A DNA stretch of 64,000 nt from Candidatus Aenigmatarchaeota archaeon (GCA_042584825.1 JBHOSK010000001.1:78393-142392), one strand, 5' to 3'. Shown: positions 8,444 through 16,628, numbered from the stretch's first letter. Numbers and translations are program-made. Notes: a model not told the origin generated them from the sequence alone.

Positions 8444-10132
8444 ATGGAAAACAGGCTTTTACTAATAATTCTCATCGCGTGTCTAGTTCTGATAAGTGCT
8501 TGCACTGAGCAAGCTCGAGATCTAATGAACCAAACCAATAATGAAGCCGGTGGTGATGACAGTTACGATGGATGTGGTAATGGAATCTGTGATTATGATG
8601 AAACCTGTGACAGTTGCATTGCTGATTGTGGTCTTTGTGTAGTATGTGGTGATTCTATCTGCGACAGCGATGAAACCTGTATTACATGTCCTGGAGATTG
8701 TGGTATATGCGGCAATGATGACACAGGCGATAATGATGACGACACTGATGGCGATAACGACGATGATGACATCGGTACCGGGGGTGGTACCGGAGGTGGT
8801 TCTGGTAGTGGTTCTGGAGATCCTGCACCATGCACACCCATTTGCACTGGATTAGAATGCGGTGACGATGGTTGTTCGGGTTCCTGTGGAACTTGTGATG
8901 ACAGTAACGAATGCACAACCGATTCATGTGCAGGAGGTTTATGTGTCTATACAAACGTTACAAATGGTACTGCTTGTACTGGTGGTGTTTGTTTTTCAGG
9001 TTCGTGCGTCGAATGTATTTTAGATAGCGATTGTGATGATTCTGTCGCTTGTACTGTTGATACTTGTGCAAGTAATGTTTGTGTTAATACACCCGATGAT
9101 AACTTGTGTGGTACCAATGAAGTGTGCGTTGCTGATACTGGTTGTGTTTATGTTGATCCAGGAGAACCAGTTATTCTTAGTGTTTCAGCTCCGCTGGAAC
9201 AAGGACAAGACATTACAATTACTGGAAGTGGATTTGGTGTTAAGGAAAACGTCACTCCTATGTTATGGGATGATTTCGAAGACGGTGTGGCTGGTGAGAA
9301 CTTAACTGATCCAAAAGTAGGTTCTTGGGAAATTTCCCACGGTCAAACCAGTCCTTGGCCCTACTTCTCAGATGGACAAAGCCATTCTGGAAGTCTAGCT
9401 ATGTACGGAAGCAACAACAGGGGATTGAGTAGTTATATTTATACCCGCTTCCCTCAAGTTGAAGGTAATTTCATATGGTCATTCTGGTTTTGGCATGATC
9501 ATGAAGAGTGTACACAAAATTGTGCACAAAATGAATGCTGCGGTCAAACAAAAATCATGCAACTCTGGGGAACACAACCATACACAAGAGATTATGATCC
9601 CGGAGTAATGTCTGGAGGCGCTGCTGGAACATGGTTTATCAGTTATGTGGTTACTGATTATGGGAGTGACAATTCCCAGGAAAGTTGGTATACAGGTGCA
9701 CCATCTCGAGGAGAGTGGCACAGATTTGACGCTATTCTTAAACAAGGCGGAGATAACGTATCTGATGGAAGCGTAGAGTTACTTGTAGATCAAGAGCGTA
9801 TTTATTATAAACCTGACATTATTACAAGAGATGATGGCCAATGGTGGGACAGGGCACTATTCTTCTATGGATTCACTAACTGGCATACCGACATATTTGT
9901 TGAAAGGTACTTAGACGATGTTTATTTCGATTCATCTTGGGCTAGAATTGAATTATGTGACAACCAAACCAAGAATTTATCCACACAATGTGAAATACAA
10001 CCTCCGCACACAACGTGGTCTGATACGTCAATTCAGTTCACAACAAACCTGGGAAGTTTTACAACAGAACAATTATATTTGTTCGTTATTGATGAATATG
10101 GAACTGTAAGCAATGGATATCCAGTTACTTAA
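8444..10132 (+). CDS. Secreted lipobox-type surface protein with Cys-rich repeats, an acidic/Gly-rich linker and the Cys-rich module shared with 5367-8396
   Basis: Signal LLLIILIACLVLISAC. CGNGICDYDETCDSC / CGDSICDSDETCITC repeats. D-rich then GTGGGTGGGSGSGSG linker. CTPICTGLECGDDGCSGSCGTC...CTTDSCAGGLC is near-identical to the neighbouring gene. Confidence 0.7.
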   Translation: MENRLLLIILIACLVLISACTEQARDLMNQTNNEAGGDDSYDGCGNGICDYDETCDSCIADCGLCVVCGDSICDSDETCITCPGDCGICGNDDTGDNDDDTDGDNDDDDIGTGGGTGGGSGSGSGDPAPCTPICTGLECGDDGCSGSCGTCDDSNECTTDSCAGGLCVYTNVTNGTACTGGVCFSGSCVECILDSDCDDSVACTVDTCASNVCVNTPDDNLCGTNEVCVADTGCVYVDPGEPVILSVSAPLEQGQDITITGSGFGVKENVTPMLWDDFEDGVAGENLTDPKVGSWEISHGQTSPWPYFSDGQSHSGSLAMYGSNNRGLSSYIYTRFPQVEGNFIWSFWFWHDHEECTQNCAQNECCGQTKIMQLWGTQPYTRDYDPGVMSGGAAGTWFISYVVTDYGSDNSQESWYTGAPSRGEWHRFDAILKQGGDNVSDGSVELLVDQERIYYKPDIITRDDGQWWDRALFFYGFTNWHTDIFVERYLDDVYFDSSWARIELCDNQTKNLSTQCEIQPPHTTWSDTSIQFTTNLGSFTTEQLYLFVIDEYGTVSNGYPVT

Positions 10133-10168
10133 GTTATATAAAATTTAATTATCAATTAAGTGTTAATC

Positions 10169-11119
10169 ATGAAAGAATTCTTAGTCCGGAGCGAAGAAAT
10201 TGCTTTAATGGAATATGGTAGATATCCTGGTTCTAGATCAGTTGATGAACTAGTAAGCAATGGAATAATAATACTTGATAAATGGCAAGGCGTTACTTCA
10301 CGTAAAGTTGTTGAAATTATACAGAAACTTTTTAGTGCAAAAAAAGCCGGTCACTCTGGTACTCTTGATCCGAATGTTTCTGGTGTATTACCTATTACAC
10401 TTAACAACGCATGCAAAGCTATGCCCGCTTTACAGGGATTGGATAAGGAATACATTGGAATAATGAAATTACATAAGGACGCTAACATGCCTCAGATAAA
10501 GAGCGCCATGAAAAGATTAACCGGGGTTGTTACCCAAACCCCACCAGTAAAATCTGCCGTTGCTCGCCGTCCTCGACAACGACACGTATATTCTTTTGAG
10601 ATGCTAGAAAAGAATGATAAAGACGTCCTGTTTCGTGTTTCTTGTCAAGCCGGCACATATGTACGGTTATTATGTCATAAAGTTGGACAAATACTTGGTG
10701 TGGGTGCTAATATGGCAGAGCTTCGTCGTACGCGGGTTGGTTCATTTACAGAAAAAGATTGTATAACCCTAAATGATTTAGAAAAAGCATTAGAACAATG
10801 GATTGATTCAGCAAATGAAAATATAAAAGAGTTTATCAAACCCGTTGAAATAGTAGAAGACAACATAGGCACAGTGATTGTAAAAGATTCTGCAATTTAC
10901 ACCATAACACACGGTTCCCCACTCTATGCAACAGGTATAAGCAAAATAGATAAAGCAATTTTATCCGATGATAAAGTTGCCTTAATGTCACTGAAAGGCG
11001 AGCTCATTGGACTAGGAACAGCAAAAATGAATGCAACAGAAATGAAAAGAAAGAAAACACTTGCAGTAAAAACAGATAGAATTATAATTGACAAGAAAGT
11101 GTATCCTAAGTTACGATGA
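10169..11119 (+). CDS. cbf5: tRNA/rRNA pseudouridine synthase Cbf5 (H/ACA RNP catalytic subunit) with PUA domain
   Basis: TruB catalytic motif HSGTLDPNVSGVLPI. The C-terminal PUA-like segment VIVKDSAIYTITHGSPLY. Start set at ATG 10169. Confidence 0.9.
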   Translation: MKEFLVRSEEIALMEYGRYPGSRSVDELVSNGIIILDKWQGVTSRKVVEIIQKLFSAKKAGHSGTLDPNVSGVLPITLNNACKAMPALQGLDKEYIGIMKLHKDANMPQIKSAMKRLTGVVTQTPPVKSAVARRPRQRHVYSFEMLEKNDKDVLFRVSCQAGTYVRLLCHKVGQILGVGANMAELRRTRVGSFTEKDCITLNDLEKALEQWIDSANENIKEFIKPVEIVEDNIGTVIVKDSAIYTITHGSPLYATGISKIDKAILSDDKVALMSLKGELIGLGTAKMNATEMKRKKTLAVKTDRIIIDKKVYPKLR

Positions 11120-11121
11120 AG

Positions 11122-11703
11122 TTATTCTTCACTTAAATCTTTCTTTAATCCTTTCCACCATCTTTCAGGATCACTTTTCAATACCTTATAAATTTCTTTT
11201 GCAGTCTTTGTTCTTAGAACCTGACCACCACGGTCAAACATATCTTTGACTTCCATGTTTCCAGTGTTCATTATGTCTTTTACCTGAAATATCAGATCTA
11301 ACTTGTCAGCATCATTTGCAATTTGAGCCTCTAAGGTCTTCTTTTCATTAAATTCTTCCATTAGTTCTTTGTACTCATTTCCAATATCTTCAGGCATCCA
11401 TTTTGCTTGCTCCTTGATAACCTTATTCTCAGCATTTGTTCTATCAATATAGTTTTGTGTGATTTTGTGAATATCATTTATCCTTGTTTCATGCAAATCA
11501 TGGAAAATCAACATTTTCATTACCTTTTCCCTGTCAGCACCCTCTATTTTTGCTATTAGATAACCTATCAGTGTTGCTCTGTGTGCATGATCTGCGATAC
11601 TTTCAGGATTATCTACACCATGTATCCAGAAACCACTTCTTTTTAGTTTCTTCAATAAACCAGCTTCCTGTAGAAGCTTTACCAAGTTTTCCATTTCAGT
11701 CAT
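11122..11703 (-). CDS. HD-domain phosphohydrolase (YfbR-like 5'-nucleotidase family)
   Basis: ESIADHAHR...IFHDLHETRINDI HD motifs. Start set at ATG 11703 (MTEMENL). Confidence 0.7.
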   Translation of the reverse strand: MTEMENLVKLLQEAGLLKKLKRSGFWIHGVDNPESIADHAHRATLIGYLIAKIEGADREKVMKMLIFHDLHETRINDIHKITQNYIDRTNAENKVIKEQAKWMPEDIGNEYKELMEEFNEKKTLEAQIANDADKLDLIFQVKDIMNTGNMEVKDMFDRGGQVLRTKTAKEIYKVLKSDPERWWKGLKKDLSEE

Positions 11704-11764
11704 GTTAACACTATTGAAAAGTAAAGCTTTTAAATTATAAAAGTTGAGAAACCTAAAAATAACT

Positions 11765-13024
11765 ATGAAAAAAACGAATTTCCTTTTCATAACAGAATGG
11801 AATAACGATTTTCTTATTTTAAAGCTAAAGCAAGAAGGTCACAACATTAAAATACACCCTACAAAATATGGAAGAGCTTTCAAGGGCATCTTAAATAAAA
11901 ATGACTATGTTAAAGATTGGAAATCTTTTGTAGACTGGGCAGATATAATAATTTTTGATTCTGTTGGACATGGAGCTGAAGCAGATCGTTTGCGCAAGCA
12001 GGGTAAGAAAGTAATCGGTGGAAGTCGATATACAGACAAATTAGAGCTTGATAGGGAATTTGGACAAAAAGAATTGCAAAAAACAGGTATTAAAATACTA
12101 AAAGAAACCGAGTTCGATTCCAAATCCAAAGTAATAAGATTTATTAGAAAAAACCCAAAAAGATATGTTTTCAAGCCGTGTGGAACAAGCGATATGGATA
12201 CTACATTTATAGGCGAAGCCAAAGATGGTAAAGACTTAATAGAATTAATAAAAAGCGACAAAAGATTAAATAAAATAAAAAAATTCTTTTTACAGGAATA
12301 TGTTCAGGGCATTGAGGTAGCTGTAGGCGCATTTTTTAATGGCAACGATTTTGTTGAACCAATAAATGTTAATTTTGAACACAAAAGACTTTTCACAGGC
12401 GATCTGGGACCACTGACATGGGAAATGGGGACATTGATATGTTTTACAAAACAGAAAAAACTTTTCAATAAAACACTACTTAAATTAAAAAATAAAATAA
12501 AAGAATCCGGCTATGTTGGTTATTTAGATATAAACTGCATTGTCAATAAAGATGGTATACATCCTTTAGAATTTACATCAAGATTTGGTTATCCACATGC
12601 TGCTATTATGTGGGAAGGATCAAAAGATAATGCAGCAGAAACCATAATAAAATTCGTTTCAGGTAAAAAATGTTATTGGGCACCAGAAAAAGGATTTAAT
12701 ATTGGAATTGTCATAACAACCCCACCATTTCCTTACCACGATAAAATAGAATTAAAAAAATATGCAGATTTGCCCATTGAATTTAAAGATAAAAAATTAG
12801 CTGGAATATATTTTTCAGATGTTATCAAAAAAGATGATAAATTTCTTACAGACGGTTTCACACCACTAATAGTTGCTGCGCATGCACAAACATTTGAAAA
12901 AGCCAGGAAAGTCGTTTACGAAAGAGTGAAAAAAATATCAATAGAAAACATGTACTACAGAACCGATATAGGATCTAAATGGATAGTCGCTTCGAAGAAG
13001 CTAAGAAAGTTGGGGTATGTCTAA
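11765..13024 (+). CDS. ATP-grasp protein, divergent phosphoribosylamine-glycine ligase (PurD)-like
   Basis: FEHKRLFTGDLGPLTWEMG resembles the PurD DHKR..GD.GPNTGGMG motif. ATP-grasp core LQEYVQGIEVAVGAFFNG. Start at ATG 11765. Confidence 0.55.
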   Translation: MKKTNFLFITEWNNDFLILKLKQEGHNIKIHPTKYGRAFKGILNKNDYVKDWKSFVDWADIIIFDSVGHGAEADRLRKQGKKVIGGSRYTDKLELDREFGQKELQKTGIKILKETEFDSKSKVIRFIRKNPKRYVFKPCGTSDMDTTFIGEAKDGKDLIELIKSDKRLNKIKKFFLQEYVQGIEVAVGAFFNGNDFVEPINVNFEHKRLFTGDLGPLTWEMGTLICFTKQKKLFNKTLLKLKNKIKESGYVGYLDINCIVNKDGIHPLEFTSRFGYPHAAIMWEGSKDNAAETIIKFVSGKKCYWAPEKGFNIGIVITTPPFPYHDKIELKKYADLPIEFKDKKLAGIYFSDVIKKDDKFLTDGFTPLIVAAHAQTFEKARKVVYERVKKISIENMYYRTDIGSKWIVASKKLRKLGYV

Positions 13025-13696
13025 TCCTCTGTAGTGTCTTTCATATATTTCATTCAATTTTTCGTTAATTTCCTTTAGTCTTTTGATGTCAACACCGGAT
13101 TTTTCCAACACATTAAGATGACTAAGCACATATGCATGTACTTCATCTTGCCACACCGCAGGATGATATTCATCATTTTCTAACATTTTTTCAATAGATT
13201 CCAAAACATCTCCATTCATTCCTTTTAGTGTTTCTACTACCTCTTTCCTGTAATTTGTATTAACATAAAACATAGCATGAGAAATTTCATGACTCAATAG
13301 TTCATCATCACTATCATGACAAGTACCAATTATGTAAAACATTCCAGTTTTGCTTTTGAATAACTTAAGAAAAGCCTTTTCTTCTTCACTTAACGGATCA
13401 AAAACACCTTCAATAAACGGTTCAATCACCCAAGATGGTATGTTAAACCCTTCCCAATCGTCATGGTAGCTATGTTTACCACCTTCAGAATACCACTCTT
13501 CAAATTCTTGTTTAGTGAACACTCTTCCGCGCCAATCAGACGACTCATAAAATTCTTGGAATCTCATGAAGGTGTTGCATAGCTGTTTTTTACTAGGAAA
13601 AGTGATAAGTACTATTTTATCTCCTAATTCTCTCAGTTTTATGTCTTTCATGTCAACAACCTCAAACTCCGAACTTGATATTGTACAATTGAGCAT
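13001..13696 (-). CDS. Hypothetical protein with HExxH motif (HEISH)
   Basis: Intact 231-aa ORF with native K/E-rich composition and a single HEISH putative zinc-binding motif. No family recognised. Its 3' end overlaps the convergent 11765-13024 gene by 24 nt. Confidence 0.45.
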   Translation of the reverse strand: MLNCTISSSEFEVVDMKDIKLRELGDKIVLITFPSKKQLCNTFMRFQEFYESSDWRGRVFTKQEFEEWYSEGGKHSYHDDWEGFNIPSWVIEPFIEGVFDPLSEEEKAFLKLFKSKTGMFYIIGTCHDSDDELLSHEISHAMFYVNTNYRKEVVETLKGMNGDVLESIEKMLENDEYHPAVWQDEVHAYVLSHLNVLEKSGVDIKRLKEINEKLNEIYERHYRGLDIPQLS

Positions 13697-13800
13697 ATTT
13701 AAAGCTTTGTATTGTGTAGTAACTATATAGTAATAACATTAAGAATGCTGATAATTTCTATTTATTAAACTATATGACATCTTATTTAGGAAAAGACGTT

Positions 13801-13917
13801 GCTGGGATGGCAGAGACCGTAAAGTACGAAGTACTTCTATGGCTGAATTGGACTATAGCGCCAGCCTGGAAAGCTGGTATCCGAAAGGGTGCAGGGGTTC
13901 GAATCCCTTTCCCAGCG
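13801..13917 (+). tRNA. tRNA-Ser(GGA) with a 32-nt non-canonical intron between acceptor stem and D stem
   Basis: Acceptor GCTGGGA/TCCCAGC. After removing 13810-13841 the D arm is GCTG-AATTGGACTA-TAGC. Anticodon arm CCAGC-CTGGAAA-GCTGG. Long variable arm ATCC-GAAA-GGGT. T arm AGGGG-TTCGAAT-CCCTT. Discriminator G, no encoded CCA. Confidence 0.8.
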
Positions 13918-13983
13918 CTATTTACTACTTTTAAAAGGTAACAAACCGAAAACTTTATATACTGGTTCTTAGTAAATAAATGC

Positions 13984-14538
13984 ATGTCAGAATTAATAGT
14001 TTTTTGTAACCCCGGTCAAGTGTATAGAGGAAGATCTGAGTTAGATGTTGCAAGAGCTTATACTGAGATGGCTATTACTGAATATGATAGATTGGTTGGT
14101 TTTCGATCAGATTACAGTGACCACGCTGAAACACCCGACTTTGAATATGTTACTGGAAGAAAAGGAGGCCGCGATTTGCAATTAACCCTATTCGCTCGAC
14201 AACCAATGATAAAAGTTGGAAATGTTAATGCACCATTTACTTCATCAAGTTATCTTTTTAATCCAACCATAGAACACAGAGATTTACTATTACCAGATTT
14301 AGATATTGTTCAATTAGACGGACCTTCACAAGTCAGAGATGCGGCAGATGCAATATCAGAATTTTATCGAGATCACGGATGGACAGTTCATATATTTGAC
14401 GGATCTGTACCAAAAACAACAACAGTTAAACCAACATCTGATAGATTAGGTGGTTCTATTGAAATATATTCTCCTGATGTATTGCGAGAAATTGCTAAAG
14501 AAAGAGTAGGTTACGATAAAGATAGATTATGTTTCTAA
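13984..14538 (+). CDS. Orphan protein, Lys-poor/Arg-Asp-rich composition class
   Basis: 184-aa ORF with 6 K vs 16 R by my count. TATA-like ctttatatac lies ~22 nt upstream. First module after tRNA-Ser. No family recognised. Confidence 0.5.
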   Translation: MSELIVFCNPGQVYRGRSELDVARAYTEMAITEYDRLVGFRSDYSDHAETPDFEYVTGRKGGRDLQLTLFARQPMIKVGNVNAPFTSSSYLFNPTIEHRDLLLPDLDIVQLDGPSQVRDAADAISEFYRDHGWTVHIFDGSVPKTTTVKPTSDRLGGSIEIYSPDVLREIAKERVGYDKDRLCF

Positions 14539-14540
14539 GG

Positions 14541-14578
14541 AAGGGAGTCTCCTTTTTCAGAACAGCCCTTTCCCAGCG
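14541..14578. repeat. Degenerate copy of tRNA-Ser 3' region (att-like repeat R2)
   Basis: aagggagtctcctttttcagaacagCCCTTTCCCAGCG. The last 13 nt are identical to tRNA-Ser 13905-13917, and the leading aaggg matches tRNA 13885-13889. Confidence 0.6.
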
Positions 14579-14595
14579 TAACACACCGGTGTTAC
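14578..14595. terminator. Hairpin between convergent genes (GTAACAC-ACCG-GTGTTAC)
   Basis: 7-bp perfect stem with a 4-nt loop, immediately after repeat R2, between the stop codons of 13984-14538 (+) and 14604-14786 (-). Confidence 0.35.
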
Positions 14596-14603
14596 CGGAA
14601 ATC

Positions 14604-14786
14604 TTATCTTTTCTTCTTTTCAGATAAGCCCATGAAAAAGAACGCAATACCAATTATGAATGAAACTATCGCAAGCATAATAGGTATGAATGCATCATAG
14701 TTCAATATGCCTGGTGATGCATAGAATATCAACGCAACTATTATCATGACAATTCCAACAGAGAAATTATATGTATTTTGATCCAT
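14604..14786 (-). CDS. Small two-TM membrane protein
   Basis: 60-aa ORF with two hydrophobic helices and a KKKR tail. TATA-like aatatttatatag lies ~35 nt upstream. Confidence 0.4.
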   Translation of the reverse strand: MDQNTYNFSVGIVMIIVALIFYASPGILNYDAFIPIMLAIVSFIIGIAFFFMGLSEKKKR

Positions 14787-14834
14787 GTTATCACATCTTT
14801 ATTTTTTTAATTTTCATCTATATAAATATTAAAA

Positions 14835-14871
14835 AAGGGAGTCTCGTTCTACAAAACACCATTTCCCAGCA
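14835..14871. repeat. Degenerate copy of tRNA-Ser 3' region (att-like repeat R3)
   Basis: aagggagtctcgttctacaaaacaccaTTTCCCAGCa. It shares aagggagtctc and tttcccagc with R2 (about 75-80 percent identity over ~40 nt) and overlaps the last codons of ORF 14849-15463. Confidence 0.55.
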
Positions 14872-15463
14872 CAACATCCCGTCTAAGATTTAGTCTGGCA
14901 TATGCAAGAAAATCCTGATATTCGATACTATCTCCTGATCTCCTAATAACTTCAAAAAAACGATCACTCATCATGATCCCATCTCTCGTAGCTGTTTTTG
15001 ACCAGTCATCGTCGTCAATACCAGCAAAAGGAACAAGAAGATTACTATCCTCCATCAGAACAAAACCTGAGGTCGGGTGAAAGTATATTATACCAGATTC
15101 ACGTGATCCAGATTCGTATTCACGTACGTTTTCTTCTGTTGGACCAATTCTTCCTAATAATCTTCTAAATCTAACATGGCTAAGAGAAGTTTCACCAACT
15201 AAGTCCATCACACCCCTATCACCAACAGACGCATAAGGAACTATCACAGGAACGTACCTGGGGGCTACTACATTACGATATTTACGATCATCAGCATCAG
15301 GTGGACAAAATGCATGAGCTTTATCCCGAACTACAACCGGAGTACACTCTTCCTCTATTCCTACCCTACCACATCTTCCTATCTCGCGGTATTGGGTTTC
15401 AAATATAGTATTTAAACAACCATCTTTCTTTGCTGACATTTTTGGCCCGTGTATAAGTCTCAT
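14849..15463 (-). CDS. Orphan protein, Lys-poor/Arg-rich composition class
   Basis: ~204-aa ORF from ATG 15463. TATA-like atttataag lies ~25-30 nt upstream. No family recognised. Confidence 0.5.
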   Translation of the reverse strand: MRLIHGPKMSAKKDGCLNTIFETQYREIGRCGRVGIEEECTPVVVRDKAHAFCPPDADDRKYRNVVAPRYVPVIVPYASVGDRGVMDLVGETSLSHVRFRRLLGRIGPTEENVREYESGSRESGIIYFHPTSGFVLMEDSNLLVPFAGIDDDDWSKTATRDGIMMSDRFFEVIRRSGDSIEYQDFLAYARLNLRRDVVLGNGVL

Positions 15464-15689
15464 AAACACAATAGGGCAAAAACACTTATAAATCTTTCGA
15501 TCTGTACCTACTGTTTAGTTAAGAATTCTCCTTTTTTACCCAAAAATCAAATTTGGTTTATAAACAAAATCACAAAAATGGAGATAAATATATAAACAAG
15601 CCCCGAATTTTGCCATATATTTATTGTTACTACTTATATGTGGTGAACAATACAAATCTTTAAATACTGATCCCCGGTTCTAACTAATT

Positions 15690-16019
15690 GTGATTGATAT
15701 GACAACTGGAAAAGCATATGGATTTTTTGACTGTGATGCCCCTAAAGCGAGAGTAATGGGGGAAATGCCACATATTCGTAGCGCTGTTGGAACACCAGAT
15801 AGATTACAGCTTTATTTAACCGAAGGTATGGATCCTCAAGGTATGGGTAACAGGTATGAATTTGAAGTAAGACATCCTGGTGCAAGTAATAGAAGAGCAG
15901 CAACCGAAGCTACCATAGTTCTTAATCAAACCTATCAATCTCCTGCTTTTAGAAATGGCGGACCTTTTACAGGAGAAATTGTTTTTGAAGAAAAAGGCGA
16001 ACGTGTCTATAGAGAGTAA
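15690..16019 (+). CDS. Orphan protein, Lys-poor composition class
   Basis: 109-aa ORF (GTG 15690, or ATG 15699). TATA-like tctttaaatac lies ~30 nt upstream. Divergent from 14849-15463. Confidence 0.45.
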   Translation: MIDMTTGKAYGFFDCDAPKARVMGEMPHIRSAVGTPDRLQLYLTEGMDPQGMGNRYEFEVRHPGASNRRAATEATIVLNQTYQSPAFRNGGPFTGEIVFEEKGERVYRE

Positions 16020-16041
16020 TTTATCCAGAGTTTTTCCAGCG
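16011..16041. repeat. Third degenerate tRNA-Ser 3'-like repeat (R4), followed by a hairpin
   Basis: agagagtaatttatccagagTTTTTCCAGCG aligns to R2 with a short deletion. It is followed by hairpin AAATTACT-gaaaaaat-AGTAATTT (16045-16068). Confidence 0.4.
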
Positions 16042-16108
16042 TAGAAATTACTGAAAAAATAGTAATTTTATTCATAAATATTAAAATAAAAATAAAAAAT
16101 CAAGTGAT

Positions 16109-16387
16109 TTATCTTCTTCTTGTTGTTCTTCTTCCTCTTGTTTCTGTCCTTCTCCTAGTTCCGGTTCTTTCCCGTCTTCCGGTTTCTGTCCTTCTTTCTG
16201 TTATTCTTCTTATTTCTGATCTTGTTTCTACTGCTCTTCTTGCTTCAGCAGCTTCTCTTCTTGCTTCAGCAGATTCACGTCTTGCTTCAGCAGCTTCTCT
16301 TCTTGCGTCCGCAGCTTCTCTTCTTGCTTCAGAAATTTCTCTTTCAAATCTTCTTTCTGATCTTCTTTCTGTTCTTCTTTCTTCCAT
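16109..16387 (-). CDS. Arg/Glu-rich heptad-repeat protein (EARREAA)n; strand assignment uncertain
   Basis: MEERRTERRSERRFEREISEARREAADARREAAEARRESAEARREAAEARR... The ORF is preceded by GGGGGTGA 5 nt upstream of ATG 16387 and uses AGA/GAA/GCT codons. A mirror Leu/Ser-rich ORF is open on the + strand. Confidence 0.45.
   Translation of the reverse strand: MEERRTERRSERRFEREISEARREAADARREAAEARRESAEARREAAEARRAVETRSEIRRITERRTETGRRERTGTRRRTETRGRRTTRRR
16238..16342. repeat. 5 x 21-nt tandem repeat (tcttgcttcagcagcttctct)
   Basis: Unit starts at 16238, 16259, 16280, 16301 and 16322. It encodes the heptad EARREAA on the minus strand. Confidence 0.9.
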
Positions 16388-16628
16388 ATTTTCACCCCCT
16401 TTCATTTGAAAAGTACGATTATCTAATTTTGTTACTAAAATGACAACCCCACCCTAAAAATATGGGTTTTACATCAAATAAAGATTACATCACGATAAAA
16501 TCACAAGATTTTCGTCTATAGTTCAAAGAACACGATACATTTCCTGACATAAGCATAACATTACACGGTTATAGAAGAAATCACAAAACCGGATATTTTT
16601 ATACCACATCTTAACAATATAATATATA

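Noticed and set aside
16104-16409. Plus-strand 101-aa Leu/Ser/Ala-rich ORF over the 21-nt repeat as the real gene.
   Set aside because: Not fully excluded, but it has a GTG start with no RBS or TATA at a suitable distance. The minus-strand ORF has a GGGGGTGA RBS and preferred AGA/GAA codons, so the minus strand is the provisional call.
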